Assembly (NCBI GenBank): GCA_040377305.1
Contig: JBEIPA010000018.1
Span: forward strand, 42,618 to 106,617
Reading direction: 5' to 3'
Source of the DNA: Flavobacteriales bacterium
GTDB lineage: Bacteria; Bacteroidota; Bacteroidia; Palsa-965
Length of the DNA: 64,000 bases
Both the position numbers and the translations under genes were made by a program. Below are positions 47,501 to 57,349 of the stretch, one piece after another (within the stretch, counting starts at the first letter, position 1; the number at the start of each line of letters is the position of its first letter). The notes beneath the pieces are model-generated. The model made no database searches. It saw only the letters and a program-made list of their open reading frames with translations, and was not told the origin of the DNA.

Positions 47501-48938
47501 CGCAATTGGAAATCTGACCATCACGCAAACAGGTGGATCAGTAATCCTTGCGAATAATGTTGACTTGAAAGGAAATTTCACCACCAGCAACAACACCAGT
47601 ATTCTAAACATTAATGGCAGATACCTCAAGGTTGCCGGCAATTTCATGAATAACGCCGGAGCTACTACTGTGATCAACACGGCTGCAAGTACGGTTGAGT
47701 TTAACGGAACGGGTGCGCAGACTTACAACCAGGGCTCTTCTATACTCACACTAAATAATGTTGTGATGAATAATAGTGGCACTGGCGTAACATGTGCCTC
47801 CCACATGATCCTCGGAACAGCTGGAACTTTAACTCTTACTGACGGTCCTATCATCACAAATGCATTTGAAGTTCAGGTAAGAAATACAGCAAGCGCTGCA
47901 TGTTCTCCCGGAAACGCAGCAAGCTTCGTGCGCGGAAATCTTCGCCGCTTTCTGAATGGTGCTGCTACATCTTATGATTTTCCGGTTGGTTCCGCAACTA
48001 CAGGCTACCAACTCGCGAACATTACGTTCACAACAGCAACAACAATTCCTCAGTTGCTCGCGCGATTCGACAATTACGTACCACCAACGGGACCTGCAGC
48101 CAATGAATGTCCCAACAACACCTACAACACGCTACCTTGTTTCAATAACGGGTACTGGACAATTTCAGCTAGTGCGAATCCGAACAGTGGAACTTACACC
48201 ACTACACTCTATCCAACCAATGTGAGTAACAACTCCGGGCTTGGCTGGACTGTTGTTAAAGGTGCAACCACGGCAACTTATGCGTTGAGCGGAACGTGTG
48301 CAGCAAGTACTGCGGCTCAGGTCATCCGAACAGGTATGAATGGATTCTCTGTGTTCGGAGTTGCGCAGTCGGCTTCTCCGTTGCCTGTTGAATTCATCTC
48401 CTTCACCGGAGTTGCACTCGATGAGAAAAATCAATTGTCGTGGTCAACTGCAACGGAAACGAACAACCAGTATTTCTACATAGAACGTTCTGATGACGGC
48501 GTGAACTTCACTACAATCGGACGTAAAGACGGCAATGGTACAACCAGCCAAATACACTATTACGCATTCGACGATTTCAGTCCGATCGAAGGAACGAACT
48601 ATTATCGTTTGCGTCAGGTTGACTATAACGGAGCTGCCATGTATTCCGGAATTATTTCGCTTGATTTCCATCGCGGCCACATGACTGTGACGAACGTGAA
48701 GCCAAATCCAACGAATGGTGAAGTGAATTTCGACTTTAACAGTCCGGTGGAAACGACGATTCACATTGTTATGACCGATGTAACGGGTCGCGTGGTGAAA
48801 GACGAGTATGTAGTTGTTAATCCGGGTACCACTTTTGTGAACACCGTCATTGAAGAATCAGCGGCCGGAGTTTATACCATGATTATTACTGAAGACAAAA
48901 ATGCATTCCGTTCGGTAACCAGACTTGTTAAGTACTAG
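44544..48938 (+). CDS. Large Cys-rich T9SS cargo protein (FN3-like, CUB, PPC-like repeats, beta-rich region, type A CTD)
   Basis: Signal peptide; LSWTAP..Y.LYFGT; ESCCDLLTVYNG (CUB); PLPVEF.SF, LSWSTATETNN, YYRLRQVD, PNPT..GVY..RLVK. Confidence 0.88.
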   Translation: MKKLYALLFFAGISSTLFAQTTLISSTVNNGGFESGAAGWNIVNGAPNNKWFIGAGFPCAGTQSAYIGTAAGNNNFQANQASVVHLYRDFTFPAGETDITLTFDFRGMGEAGGGDRVRVYLVSTATTPVAGTQLAVGQIGGSYFQTAACTNQSITISGTAAGTTQRLVFSWRNDGNTGTNPAGCIDDVTIITAVPPAPNCAASYATPINGSVNVCETTANLSWTAPSSGGAPSGYKLYFGTNNFPTNIHNGTNLGLVTSYNPGALASNTTYFWCIVPTNGSGDAAGCTVYSFTTGSSGCYQHPTGTQTFNVTSCGGTYTDPGGAGNYTSNCNSVMTFCPSTPGQYVQATFLAPFAVESCCDLLTVYNGPTTASPVLGTYTGNTIPCSITSSDASGCLTFHFASDGSTQLAGWNALISCVASPVPVLAGSICANAPAITMPFSASNQTTACYGNDYNNASSGSCGTLYESGEDRVYEVTVAASSCIGIYLSNCSSSNIGFQVYSGCPGNPGTVCIGSAGGSSPLAGSITLPAAGTYYIVVDSWSAPSSVNYSIAVTDYGTGPSNDLPCSATALALNVNLSGDNACSGSASEPGAASCFTAGNLNTVWYSVVCPASGQLRIRTTLGTLLNTQIALYSGTCGSLTEVACNDNAPACGTSTYNNSEITVTGLTAGATYFICVDGTNNLTGTFDIQAVDGTVGFPAIAGQDCSSPNPVCAANVNVGNPGYQAYGNICDFPGGGGNCLASGERGSVWYTIPINAAGTLEFDIVPNDWIGAPSTAGTDYDFAVWKTAGAGAVTCANIQAGAVPLACNYSGLGVTGCAPGGNAPAAYPGFNGAYEAPLAVVAGEVYQLVISNFSNSTSGFTVNFNIAAPINYTAAGSTVSWTGGTNTAWTVAANWGGCTPPICGISAVVGPSSSNQPILVAGNYYVNDLTINPGGILTLQAGAILHICGNFTNSGSIIASPTSTIIFDNAAATHTMTGAFVGSDAIGNLTITQTGGSVILANNVDLKGNFTTSNNTSILNINGRYLKVAGNFMNNAGATTVINTAASTVEFNGTGAQTYNQGSSILTLNNVVMNNSGTGVTCASHMILGTAGTLTLTDGPIITNAFEVQVRNTASAACSPGNAASFVRGNLRRFLNGAATSYDFPVGSATTGYQLANITFTTATTIPQLLARFDNYVPPTGPAANECPNNTYNTLPCFNNGYWTISASANPNSGTYTTTLYPTNVSNNSGLGWTVVKGATTATYALSGTCAASTAAQVIRTGMNGFSVFGVAQSASPLPVEFISFTGVALDEKNQLSWSTATETNNQYFYIERSDDGVNFTTIGRKDGNGTTSQIHYYAFDDFSPIEGTNYYRLRQVDYNGAAMYSGIISLDFHRGHMTVTNVKPNPTNGEVNFDFNSPVETTIHIVMTDVTGRVVKDEYVVVNPGTTFVNTVIEESAAGVYTMIITEDKNAFRSVTRLVKY

Positions 48939-48958
48939 GTCTAACCGTCCTATTATCA

Positions 48959-48998
48959 GGCGTCCTGACAGTGTATACTCGTCAGGACGCCCTTTTTT
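48959..48998 (+). terminator. Terminator
   Basis: GGCGTCCTGAC..GTCAGGACGCC-CTTTTTT. Confidence 0.85.
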
Positions 48999-49127
48999 CT
49001 TGCCAACGCACATATTTTTTGCGACCTTGTATCGTTATTGCTTTATGGAAAGTAGCTCCGCTTCGGCCCTGAAAGAGAGCAGCTTCAAGTGCAAACAGTA
49101 TATTTGCTTCAGCTAATCAAGGTGGAT

Positions 49128-50177
49128 TTGAAACAGTTATTTATAACAGGGGCCTTACTCCTCACTACCAGTATTCTATCGGCGCAGTTGACTGCAGAGG
49201 CAGGTGCCAATACACAAATCTGTCCGGGGTTGACATACAATCTTGGCGGAAGCCCAACAGCACAAGGAGGAACTCCTCCATACAGTTATTCCTGGACACC
49301 GGCAGGCAGTCTGAATAACGGAACGATTTCAAATCCTGTTGCAAGTCCACAGGTTCCAACATGGTATTACGTTACTGTCACAGATTCTGGTGCAGTCAAT
49401 TCATACACCGATTCAGTATTCGTCGATCTTGATCCAAGCTGGGCATATAACGCGGGTCCCGACACGGCAATTTGCATCGGTGATACTGTCAACATCGGTA
49501 ATATAAATAACAGTTTCGCCGGTGGAGTAACATATAGCTGGAGCCCGGTTACTTATCTGGACAATCCTACAGCGCCACGACCTCAGTTCACCGGAACTAT
49601 CACAACGACATACACGTTGGTAGTAACAAGTCCGGTGTGCAATCCAAAATCGTACACAGTAACCGTCACTGTAAATCAATTGCCCATTGTTGATGCTTCC
49701 GGAGGGACACGTATTGAAGAAGGTCAGTCAACTCCATTAACAGCAACGGGCGCCACTAATTATTTCTGGACACCGCCAACTGGATTATCAGCAACAACTG
49801 GTTCACTCGTGAATGCAGAACCAACAACGGATCAAACGTATGTTGTTTTCGGAATAGATGATAACGGCTGCGTAAATTGGGATACGGTTACTGTTCACGT
49901 TACACCAAACGATGAAATCTATCTCTACAACACGTTCTCACCGAACAACGACGGTGTTAACGACTACTTCTACATTGGCAATATTCAGAAATACCCGGAA
50001 AACCGTTTAGAGGTTTTCACTCGCACCGGTCAGCAGGTGTATGCAAAAACGAATTACGACAACTCCTGGGACGGCACGAATTACGGCGACCGGCTTCCGG
50101 AAACGACGTATTACTTCACGCTTGATTTGGGTGGAGACAATCCAGTACTTTACGGACACGTAACAATTGTGCGATGA
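49128..50177 (+). CDS. T9SS cargo with Ig/PKD-like repeats and type B (gliding-motility, CHU_C) CTD
   Basis: NTFSPNNDGVNDYF..WDG..TYYF..GHVTIVR; AGPDTAIC repeats; TTG 49128 gives a clean signal peptide. Confidence 0.88.
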   Translation: MKQLFITGALLLTTSILSAQLTAEAGANTQICPGLTYNLGGSPTAQGGTPPYSYSWTPAGSLNNGTISNPVASPQVPTWYYVTVTDSGAVNSYTDSVFVDLDPSWAYNAGPDTAICIGDTVNIGNINNSFAGGVTYSWSPVTYLDNPTAPRPQFTGTITTTYTLVVTSPVCNPKSYTVTVTVNQLPIVDASGGTRIEEGQSTPLTATGATNYFWTPPTGLSATTGSLVNAEPTTDQTYVVFGIDDNGCVNWDTVTVHVTPNDEIYLYNTFSPNNDGVNDYFYIGNIQKYPENRLEVFTRTGQQVYAKTNYDNSWDGTNYGDRLPETTYYFTLDLGGDNPVLYGHVTIVR

Positions 50178-51121
50178 GAAAGCTGAAACACTTGTTCGTA
50201 GTTACTGCGTTAATTTTTTCCTGCGGAATATCAGCGCAACAAATGCCCGATTACACGGGGTTCCCATCGGTGTTGTTTCATATCAACCCGGCTTACACCG
50301 GTACGAAAGGAACTGTTGATGCGCGTCTCAACTACCGCAAACAATGGGCAGGATTCAGCGGCGCACCGGAAACCCAATTCGTCGGAATTCATTCCCGCTT
50401 GTGGAAAGGACGTGTAGGGATCGGAACAACGCTTTATAAAGACGTGATCGGCCCATCAACCATGTTCGATTACGGATTCAGTGCGGCATATCACCTGCAT
50501 TTCCCCGATGTAGAATTTTCGGCCGGCATCAGTGTGCGTTTCAACAAGTACACCATGAATACTTCGGGAATGACCACCCATTGGGAAGGCGATCCTGCTG
50601 TAATTCCGGGTACAACTGCATTCGATAAAACCAAAAATGGCTTGGCGGGATTACTGCTTTACAATGATCGCTTCCATTTCGGTCTTGGAATCATGAATGT
50701 GATATCCGCGAAAGTTATTCTGGGTACGGGCAACATCGTGAAGATGAAACAACATTACTTCTTCACGTTCGGCTACAATTTCCACGGCCACCCGGAATAT
50801 GTATGGGAGAATAACCTCATGGGCGAATATGTCGACGGTCTTCCAATGACATTGAACTACAACCTACGGGTGCACTTCCGACAGAAGTTAATGTTTGGTG
50901 GAGGATGGAGATTGAAAGATGCCGTTTATCTGCAGGCTGGCTGGGTGTTCTTTAACACGGTGCAGGCTGTTTACTCGTATGATATCGGTATTTCGAAACT
51001 GCGTAAAGCACATAACGGTACGCACGAAATTACGTTGGGTTATCGTTTCGATTTCGAAAACAAGAAGTCGAAGTACAGAAACTTCAACTCGTTCCAAAAA
51101 CAACGATATAGCATTTTCTAA
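50174..51121 (+). CDS. PorP/SprF family T9SS outer-membrane protein
   Basis: INPAYTG, YRKQWAG..GAP.T, YSYD, GTHEI.LGY; ATGA overlap with type B cargo. Confidence 0.92.
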   Translation: MRKLKHLFVVTALIFSCGISAQQMPDYTGFPSVLFHINPAYTGTKGTVDARLNYRKQWAGFSGAPETQFVGIHSRLWKGRVGIGTTLYKDVIGPSTMFDYGFSAAYHLHFPDVEFSAGISVRFNKYTMNTSGMTTHWEGDPAVIPGTTAFDKTKNGLAGLLLYNDRFHFGLGIMNVISAKVILGTGNIVKMKQHYFFTFGYNFHGHPEYVWENNLMGEYVDGLPMTLNYNLRVHFRQKLMFGGGWRLKDAVYLQAGWVFFNTVQAVYSYDIGISKLRKAHNGTHEITLGYRFDFENKKSKYRNFNSFQKQRYSIF

Positions 51122-51134
51122 GGGAAAAGGATTT

Positions 51135-51190
51135 AAGTAAGCAAGTGGGCGAGTCAAGGAGAAATCCCGACTCGCCTATTTGTTTACTTA
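51135..51190. terminator. Hairpin between convergent genes built from AAGTARGCAAGT repeats
   Basis: AAGTAAGCAAGTGGGCGAGTC..GACTCGCCTATTTGTTTACTT. Confidence 0.6.
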
Positions 51191-51198
51191 CGAATTAG

Positions 51199-51957
51199 TT
51201 ACTCAATTACCGGATAAATTTCCGCTGCCCTCACCCTACTCGTCGAGTTAAAATGCCACCACTCAGTTTCAATTCTTGAGAAACCGGCCGTGCGCATTAC
51301 ACTTCGTAACAACTCGCGATTGATCAATTGTGTTTCTGTGAGTTCTCCCGATTCAAAATATTCCGCTTCCTTCCGTGGATGAGCAAGCTCACCAAAAAAA
51401 TCGTACGGAGTTCCCATATCGAGTTCAGTACCGTGTTCATCCACAATCGTAACATCCACAGCGGCACCGTAATTATGCAGAGACCGATTTGCAGGATTCG
51501 ACAAATACTTCTGCCTGTCCATTGGAGAAAGGTCTACACTATCCCACATCAGTTGTTGAATGGAAACCGGACGGGCACCATCGAATACCAGCAACGAGTA
51601 ATACGGATATTGCATTTTCAATTCTGACTGTGCGGCAACGAGCTTATCGGCAACTTCTTTCTGCAGGTAACACCGATTGAGATCGCCATACATGTCTTTG
51701 TGCGTGAAATTGTTCTCTGTTGAATACCGTAGATCAACCTGGATCGTACTGTCAAGTTCCAGGATGTTGACTAAGCCCAATTCCTCCATCTTCAATTCAA
51801 TCGCAGATTTTTCCGGAGCAACCGCACCAGGCTCAACTTTAACGGTTGGCTGTGTGTCAAGCACAACCGAAGTAACGGGAACGTCAGGTTTTGGATGCTC
51901 AGAACACGCTCCAAGCGAGAGAGCAACCATCAGAAATAAAAAGCCCGTCATTTTCAT
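51199..51957 (-). CDS. D-Ala-D-Ala dipeptidase (M15D, VanX/DdpX-like) lipoprotein
   Basis: LGAC lipobox; DLRYST.NNF, FDG.RP, S.HNYG.AVD, DMGT.YD, EWWHF. Confidence 0.9.
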   Translation of the reverse strand: MKMTGFLFLMVALSLGACSEHPKPDVPVTSVVLDTQPTVKVEPGAVAPEKSAIELKMEELGLVNILELDSTIQVDLRYSTENNFTHKDMYGDLNRCYLQKEVADKLVAAQSELKMQYPYYSLLVFDGARPVSIQQLMWDSVDLSPMDRQKYLSNPANRSLHNYGAAVDVTIVDEHGTELDMGTPYDFFGELAHPRKEAEYFESGELTETQLINRELLRSVMRTAGFSRIETEWWHFNSTSRVRAAEIYPVIE

Positions 51958-51999
51958 TGCACGTCAAAACTAAACCCTTTCAGTGAGTAATTTCGCAGC

Positions 52000-52896
52000 G
52001 TGTCACTACCAATAAGAGCTTTATTAATGGTGCGTCCTGCACGGTTTGCATACAATGAGCAAACTGCAGCAACCAATTCTTTTCAGTCGCCAAATACATC
52101 CGACGTCAATGAACTTGCACAAAGTGAATTCGACAACGTTGTAATCCAGTTAAAACAGGCCGGAATAAATATTGAACTCGTACAAGACGATCCTGCTATA
52201 CCATTGCCGGATTCTGTTTTTCCGAATAACTGGTTCAGCACCCATCCTTCCGGCGTGCTCATGCTTTATCCTATGCTTACAGAAAACAGGAGAGCGGAAC
52301 GTAAAAAAGAAATCATAGACAAGCTTCGCACTTCGCACAAATACACCGTGGTGAAGGACCTTTCTCATCACGAAAACGAAAACCGCTTTCTCGAAGGAAC
52401 CGGAAGCATCGTATTCGATCACCAAACAGGTATTGCTTATGCAGGTATTTCTCCGAGAACTGATCGGGAAGTCTTGTTGGAGGTTTGCGACACACTTGGC
52501 TATATCCCGTTTGTATTTCTCGCTGCTGACCGAAACAACCAACCGATTTATCACACAAACGTTGTGATGGCAATCGGGCCTTCTATTGCCGTATGTTGTT
52601 TCGACGCCATTCACGACGAGAACGATCGTCAGGGTTTGTGGACTTTGCTCCGTAAATCCGGAAAAACAGTAGTTTCCATTTCACTTCCGCAATTGGAATC
52701 CTTCGCTGGCAATATGCTCTTCATTTCGAACGGCGCTAATAATTTCGTTGCAGTTTCCTCCACCGCATGGGATTCACTAAGCGAAAATCAGAAAAGCATC
52801 ATCTCCTCGCACGCAACACCTATCATTGCCAAAATCCCTACAATTGAGAAACACGGTGGCGGCAGTATTCGTTGCATGCTGGCTGAATTGTTCTAG
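52000..52896 (+). CDS. Amidinotransferase-superfamily protein (citrulline utilization hydrolase CtlX-like)
   Basis: MVRP..F.YN.QTA..N.FQ, PDSVFPNNWFS, LEGTGS, IYHTNV, GGGS.RCMLAE. Confidence 0.88.
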   Translation: MSLPIRALLMVRPARFAYNEQTAATNSFQSPNTSDVNELAQSEFDNVVIQLKQAGINIELVQDDPAIPLPDSVFPNNWFSTHPSGVLMLYPMLTENRRAERKKEIIDKLRTSHKYTVVKDLSHHENENRFLEGTGSIVFDHQTGIAYAGISPRTDREVLLEVCDTLGYIPFVFLAADRNNQPIYHTNVVMAIGPSIAVCCFDAIHDENDRQGLWTLLRKSGKTVVSISLPQLESFAGNMLFISNGANNFVAVSSTAWDSLSENQKSIISSHATPIIAKIPTIEKHGGGSIRCMLAELF

Positions 52897-53131
52897 GTTC
52901 AGAGTTGCGGGTTCTAAGATCCAGATTTCAGTAACCTGACCAGTACAACGCACATAGAACATGGAACTTAGAACCGTTCAAACAGGGCATTTACCGCTTA
53001 CAGAAACCCTACTTTTCAGGCACTAAAATTGACTATTTTCGTTCTCCGTTTATCCGAAACATATCATCATGAAACCGTCCTTACGTTTACGTCGGGATTA
53101 ATGAGTTCAAAGAAGTAAAAAACAATAGAAC

Positions 53132-55171
53132 ATGAGTAAAAACAACATTAAGGTCGCGCTGTTGCTGATTTTCGTTGCCTTCGTCGGCGTTTCAATGAAA
53201 CAAGCCTGGGAGGGAAAGGGAATTGAACCTGATAACATCAACCCGAAATTCCGTCCGCAAGACGATTTCTACAACTATGTGAATCAAATCTGGATCGGTA
53301 AGAACCCGATTCCGGCGACTGAAACAAGTTGGGGCAACTTCCACGTTTTGCAAGAGAAATCACAAACTGCTCTGCGTAAAATCTGCGAAGAAATGTCTTC
53401 TAAGAAAGATGCGAAGGTCGGTACAAACGAACAGTTGATTGGCGACTTCTTTGCTGCAGGAATGGACACCGTGCAAATTGAGAAAGACAAGTTTGCTGCG
53501 GTTGATACTGAGCTGAAGAAAATTTCTTCGCTGAGCGATTCAAAAGGAATTACCGACATGATGTCGTACCTGCACTCGTATCAGGTTGGATGCGGATTCG
53601 GATATTTCATCATGGCCGACATGAAGAATTCTACTCTGAACATGCCTTACGTTTTCCAGTCGGGAATGGGATTACCTGAGAAAGAATACTACCAGGGCGA
53701 TGACATGGCTTCAATCCGCGAGGAATACAAAAAGCACATTGCGATATTGTTTACGTTGATGGGTGAAGATGCAACTGTTGCTCAGAAACATGCGGAGATG
53801 GCATACAACATCGAAGCAAAGTTGGCTGACTCTTCACTGTCTGCTGTTGAATCACGCGATCTCGAGCGTATTTACAACAAGAAATCCGTTGCTGATCTTG
53901 AGAAACTTGTACCGAATTTCGAATGGAAAAAATATTTCGCGGCAATGGGAACGCCAACAGTAACGGAAGTTATTGTTGACAATCCTGCATACCTCCGTCA
54001 GTTCAGCAACCTCATCAAATCAGAAAGTTCTGAAGCTTGGCAGGCGTATTTCCGCTGGCAATTCGTTCACCTTATTGCTGCTAAAATGCACAAAGACGTT
54101 GCCACTGAAAACTTCCGTTTCTGGGGAACTACACTCTCCGGACAAACAGCAGAACAGCCGCGTTGGAAGCGTGTAATGCAATCGACAGAAGGTGCTCTTG
54201 GTGATGCACTTGGTCAACTTTATGTTCAGCGCAATTTCAGCGAAGAGGCAAAAGGTCGCGTAAACACAATGGTAGACAACCTGATTGCTGCTTATGCAGA
54301 GCGTATCAAAACTCGCGACTGGATGAGCGCAGAAACGAAAGCTAAAGCAGACGAGAAGCTGCACAAGATCATGCGTAAGCTTGCATTTCCCGACAAGTGG
54401 AGAAGCTACGGTGGTTTGAAAGTCGACCGCAAATCGTACGTGAGAAACTTCCTTAACTCAAACCAATTCGATTGCAAGTGGTTGATCGGTAAATACGGCA
54501 AGCCGGTTGACAAGACCGAGTGGGGAATGACTCCGGCTACAATCAATGCATACTACAATCCATCTTACAACGAGATTGTATTCCCTGCAGCTATCATGCA
54601 GGCTCCGTTCTTCGATCCGGCTGCTGATGATGCTGTAAACTACGGTGCAATGGGTGCTGTTATCGGTCACGAATTGACTCACGGTTTTGACGATCAAGGC
54701 TCAATGTTCGACGGCGATGGCAATATGCAAAACTGGTGGAATGATGAAGACCGTTCTAAGTTTGAAGCGAAAACCAAAATGCTGACTGAGCAGTTCAACA
54801 AGTTTGTTGTAATTGATTCTACAGGATTAACGGTGAATGGTGAGCTTACACTCGGAGAGAATATCGCTGATCTTGGTGGACTTACAATTTCCTACTACGC
54901 ATTTCAGATGGCCCAGCAGAAGAATCCGCAACCAAAAACGATTGATGGATTCACTCCAAACCAACGATTCTTTATCTCATGGGCGCAGGCCTGGAGAAAC
55001 TCGCAGCGTCCAAAATCGCTCGTAATGATGGTGAAAACGAATCCGCACTCACCTGCCCGTTTCCGTGTAATCGGACCGCTCTCCAATATGAAGGAGTTTT
55101 ACGAAGCATTCGACGTGAAAGCCGGCGACAAGATGTTCCGCAAAGAGGAAGAACGCGTAGCAATCTGGTAA
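53132..55171 (+). CDS. M13 family metallopeptidase (PepO/neprilysin-like)
   Basis: P.DDFY, NAYY, HELTHGFD, GENIAD.GG, PHSP..FR. Confidence 0.95.
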   Translation: MSKNNIKVALLLIFVAFVGVSMKQAWEGKGIEPDNINPKFRPQDDFYNYVNQIWIGKNPIPATETSWGNFHVLQEKSQTALRKICEEMSSKKDAKVGTNEQLIGDFFAAGMDTVQIEKDKFAAVDTELKKISSLSDSKGITDMMSYLHSYQVGCGFGYFIMADMKNSTLNMPYVFQSGMGLPEKEYYQGDDMASIREEYKKHIAILFTLMGEDATVAQKHAEMAYNIEAKLADSSLSAVESRDLERIYNKKSVADLEKLVPNFEWKKYFAAMGTPTVTEVIVDNPAYLRQFSNLIKSESSEAWQAYFRWQFVHLIAAKMHKDVATENFRFWGTTLSGQTAEQPRWKRVMQSTEGALGDALGQLYVQRNFSEEAKGRVNTMVDNLIAAYAERIKTRDWMSAETKAKADEKLHKIMRKLAFPDKWRSYGGLKVDRKSYVRNFLNSNQFDCKWLIGKYGKPVDKTEWGMTPATINAYYNPSYNEIVFPAAIMQAPFFDPAADDAVNYGAMGAVIGHELTHGFDDQGSMFDGDGNMQNWWNDEDRSKFEAKTKMLTEQFNKFVVIDSTGLTVNGELTLGENIADLGGLTISYYAFQMAQQKNPQPKTIDGFTPNQRFFISWAQAWRNSQRPKSLVMMVKTNPHSPARFRVIGPLSNMKEFYEAFDVKAGDKMFRKEEERVAIW

Positions 55172-55345
55172 CAGTAGGCAGTTGGGCAGGCTGGCAGTTG
55201 GCAGGCTGATCAATAGTTAAAAAAGTACAGTTTTAAAATATTTCCACATCCCGATAGACTATTCTGTCGGGATGTTGCTTTTTAACGCATTCCTTAGAAA
55301 CTTTCAAGCTACTGCCTACTGCCAGACTGCCCAACTGCCTACTGA
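55172..55345. repeat. Inverted pair of 7/8-mer GGCAG tracts enclosing the M13 terminator (55246..55283)
   Basis: cagtaggcagttgggcaggctggcagttggcag ... ctactgcctactgccagactgcccaactgcctactg; inner ACATCCCGATAGA/TCTGTCGGGATGT. Confidence 0.8.
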
Positions 55346-55350
55346 ATTGC

Positions 55351-55358
55351 TATCTTTG
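55351..55358 (+). promoter_or_regulatory. -7 promoter box for yidC
   Basis: TATCTTTG. Confidence 0.65.
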
Positions 55359-55404
55359 CGCTCCCATCGCAGAACCGCTGGGAATTAATCAGAATTCGAA
55401 TTAA

Positions 55405-57315
55405 ATGGATCGTAAATCCCTTCTTGGTCTTGCTTTAATCGCACTGCTACTCACCGTTTGGTGGAGCATGAACAGCAATGACAATGCCGACGAGGCTGAA
55501 CTCAAACGCAAAGCCGATTCAGCATACGCCGCAGATCTTGAATATCAGAAACAAGCTGCAGCAGTCCAAAAGAAAAAAGACGACAGTATTCTCGCCGAAC
55601 GTGCAAAAGACACAACGTTCAGCATGGCGAAATACCTTGAAGTTCAAGGGCGCGCTAAGACAGGCGTTTTCTATGGTTCATCAACCGGAGCAAACGATCC
55701 GATCGTCATCGAAAACAGCAAAGTAAAAGCTACACTGTATCCTCGCGGTGGAATCGTCGGGCAAGTTGAATTACTTGGCGTGAAAACACACAATGGTCAG
55801 CCACTACTTATGTTCAATGCCGACTCAACACGTTTCGGTCTTGAGTTCTTCGATATTCAGCGTCGTCGTTTCAAAACAGATTCACTGTTCTTCAAACAAA
55901 CTGTAACAGCGTTAAAAGCAACTGCAACAGCACCTGCATCGGTTACCTTCCGCTTGTCTGCAGATAGTCTTCCGAACACGTACATCGAGTACAAGTATTC
56001 TTTGAAAGAGAATGACTACATGCTCGATCTCGATATTTCTTTTGTGGGTTGCGAGAAAATTTTCTCTGCCGATACAAAGTATGTTGATCTCGTTTGGGTG
56101 CAGAAAATGCTCTCGCAGGAAAAAAATCTGAAGAACGAACGTATCGCCTCTACAGTTTGGTATCGCTTCAATGAAGATGAGAACATTGAACAGCTTAGCG
56201 AAACAGAGTCAGAAGCTAAAGATGTGACAGGTGCTTTGAAATGGGTCTCTTTCAAAAATCAGTACTTCTCCTCTATTCTTATTGCCGATCAGAAGTTTGA
56301 CGATGGCGCAAATCTGGGTGTTACGCTATCAGAAGATCCTTTCACCGTTAAAACTGCACAAGCAACTTTGCCAATTCCATTCGGAAAAACTTCGAACGAG
56401 GTATTTGGCTTACAATTCTACTACGGTCCGAACGATTACCACCAATTAGAATCTTACAATCTCATGCTCGAGAAGGAAATCTATCTCGGCTGGGGAATTT
56501 TCGGTTGGCTGAACCAGTATTTGTTCATGCCGATTTTCGACTGGCTCGGTAGCTATGCACTGAACTATGGAATTGTAATTCTTCTTCTTACGATTATCGT
56601 AAAGTTGATGCTGTTCCCGATTGCATACAAATCGTATTTGTCTTCTGCGAAAATGCGTGTGCTCAAACCGGAAATTGATGAGCTCAACGAAAAGTTCAAG
56701 GATGAAGATCCTATGAAGAAACAGCAGGCTACGATGGGGCTTTACAAGAAAGCCGGCGTTAATCCTGCAGCAGGTTGTATTCCGCTCCTTCTTCAAATTC
56801 CGATTCTCTTCGCACTTCTTCGCTTGTTCCCTGCGATCTACGAATTACGTCAGCAAGGATTCTGGTGGACCCCCGATCTTTCAACATACGATTCAATTCT
56901 CGATCTCGGATTCAACATTCCGCTCGGTTACGGTGATCACGTTTCATTGTGGGCATTGTTAATGACAGTTTCAACATTGCTGTACACCTGGATGAACCAG
57001 CAAACAATGAACACAGGCGGTCCACAGCTTCCGGGAATGAAGTGGCTCATGTACCTGATGCCGTTGATGTTCCTCTTCTTCCTGAACTCAAACGCAGCAG
57101 CACTTTCGTACTACTACTTCATCTCAAACATGATCACGTTCGGACAAATGGCTTTGATGCGACGCTTTGTCGATGAGAAAGCAATCCATGCGAAGATTCA
57201 GGACAACAAGAAGAAACCTGTGAAAACATCCGGCTTCCTTCAGCGACTCGAAGCAGCGCAGAAGAAACGAATGGATGAGATGAAGCAAGTTCAGCAAAAA
57301 GGAAAAAAGAAATAA
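55405..57315 (+). CDS. yidC: Membrane protein insertase YidC
   Basis: N-terminal TM, periplasmic domain, YYGP, NYG..I.LLT..VK, GC.P.LLQ.PI, W..DLS. Confidence 0.96.
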   Translation: MDRKSLLGLALIALLLTVWWSMNSNDNADEAELKRKADSAYAADLEYQKQAAAVQKKKDDSILAERAKDTTFSMAKYLEVQGRAKTGVFYGSSTGANDPIVIENSKVKATLYPRGGIVGQVELLGVKTHNGQPLLMFNADSTRFGLEFFDIQRRRFKTDSLFFKQTVTALKATATAPASVTFRLSADSLPNTYIEYKYSLKENDYMLDLDISFVGCEKIFSADTKYVDLVWVQKMLSQEKNLKNERIASTVWYRFNEDENIEQLSETESEAKDVTGALKWVSFKNQYFSSILIADQKFDDGANLGVTLSEDPFTVKTAQATLPIPFGKTSNEVFGLQFYYGPNDYHQLESYNLMLEKEIYLGWGIFGWLNQYLFMPIFDWLGSYALNYGIVILLLTIIVKLMLFPIAYKSYLSSAKMRVLKPEIDELNEKFKDEDPMKKQQATMGLYKKAGVNPAAGCIPLLLQIPILFALLRLFPAIYELRQQGFWWTPDLSTYDSILDLGFNIPLGYGDHVSLWALLMTVSTLLYTWMNQQTMNTGGPQLPGMKWLMYLMPLMFLFFLNSNAAALSYYYFISNMITFGQMALMRRFVDEKAIHAKIQDNKKKPVKTSGFLQRLEAAQKKRMDEMKQVQQKGKKK

Positions 57316-57349
57316 CACCCCCGATTTGAAATTCGAAAATCAACAAAAC

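Noticed and set aside
51199-51957. vanX as a glycopeptide-resistance gene
   Set aside because: Lipoprotein M15D homolog with no vanH/vanA/vanRS context; likely cell-wall recycling
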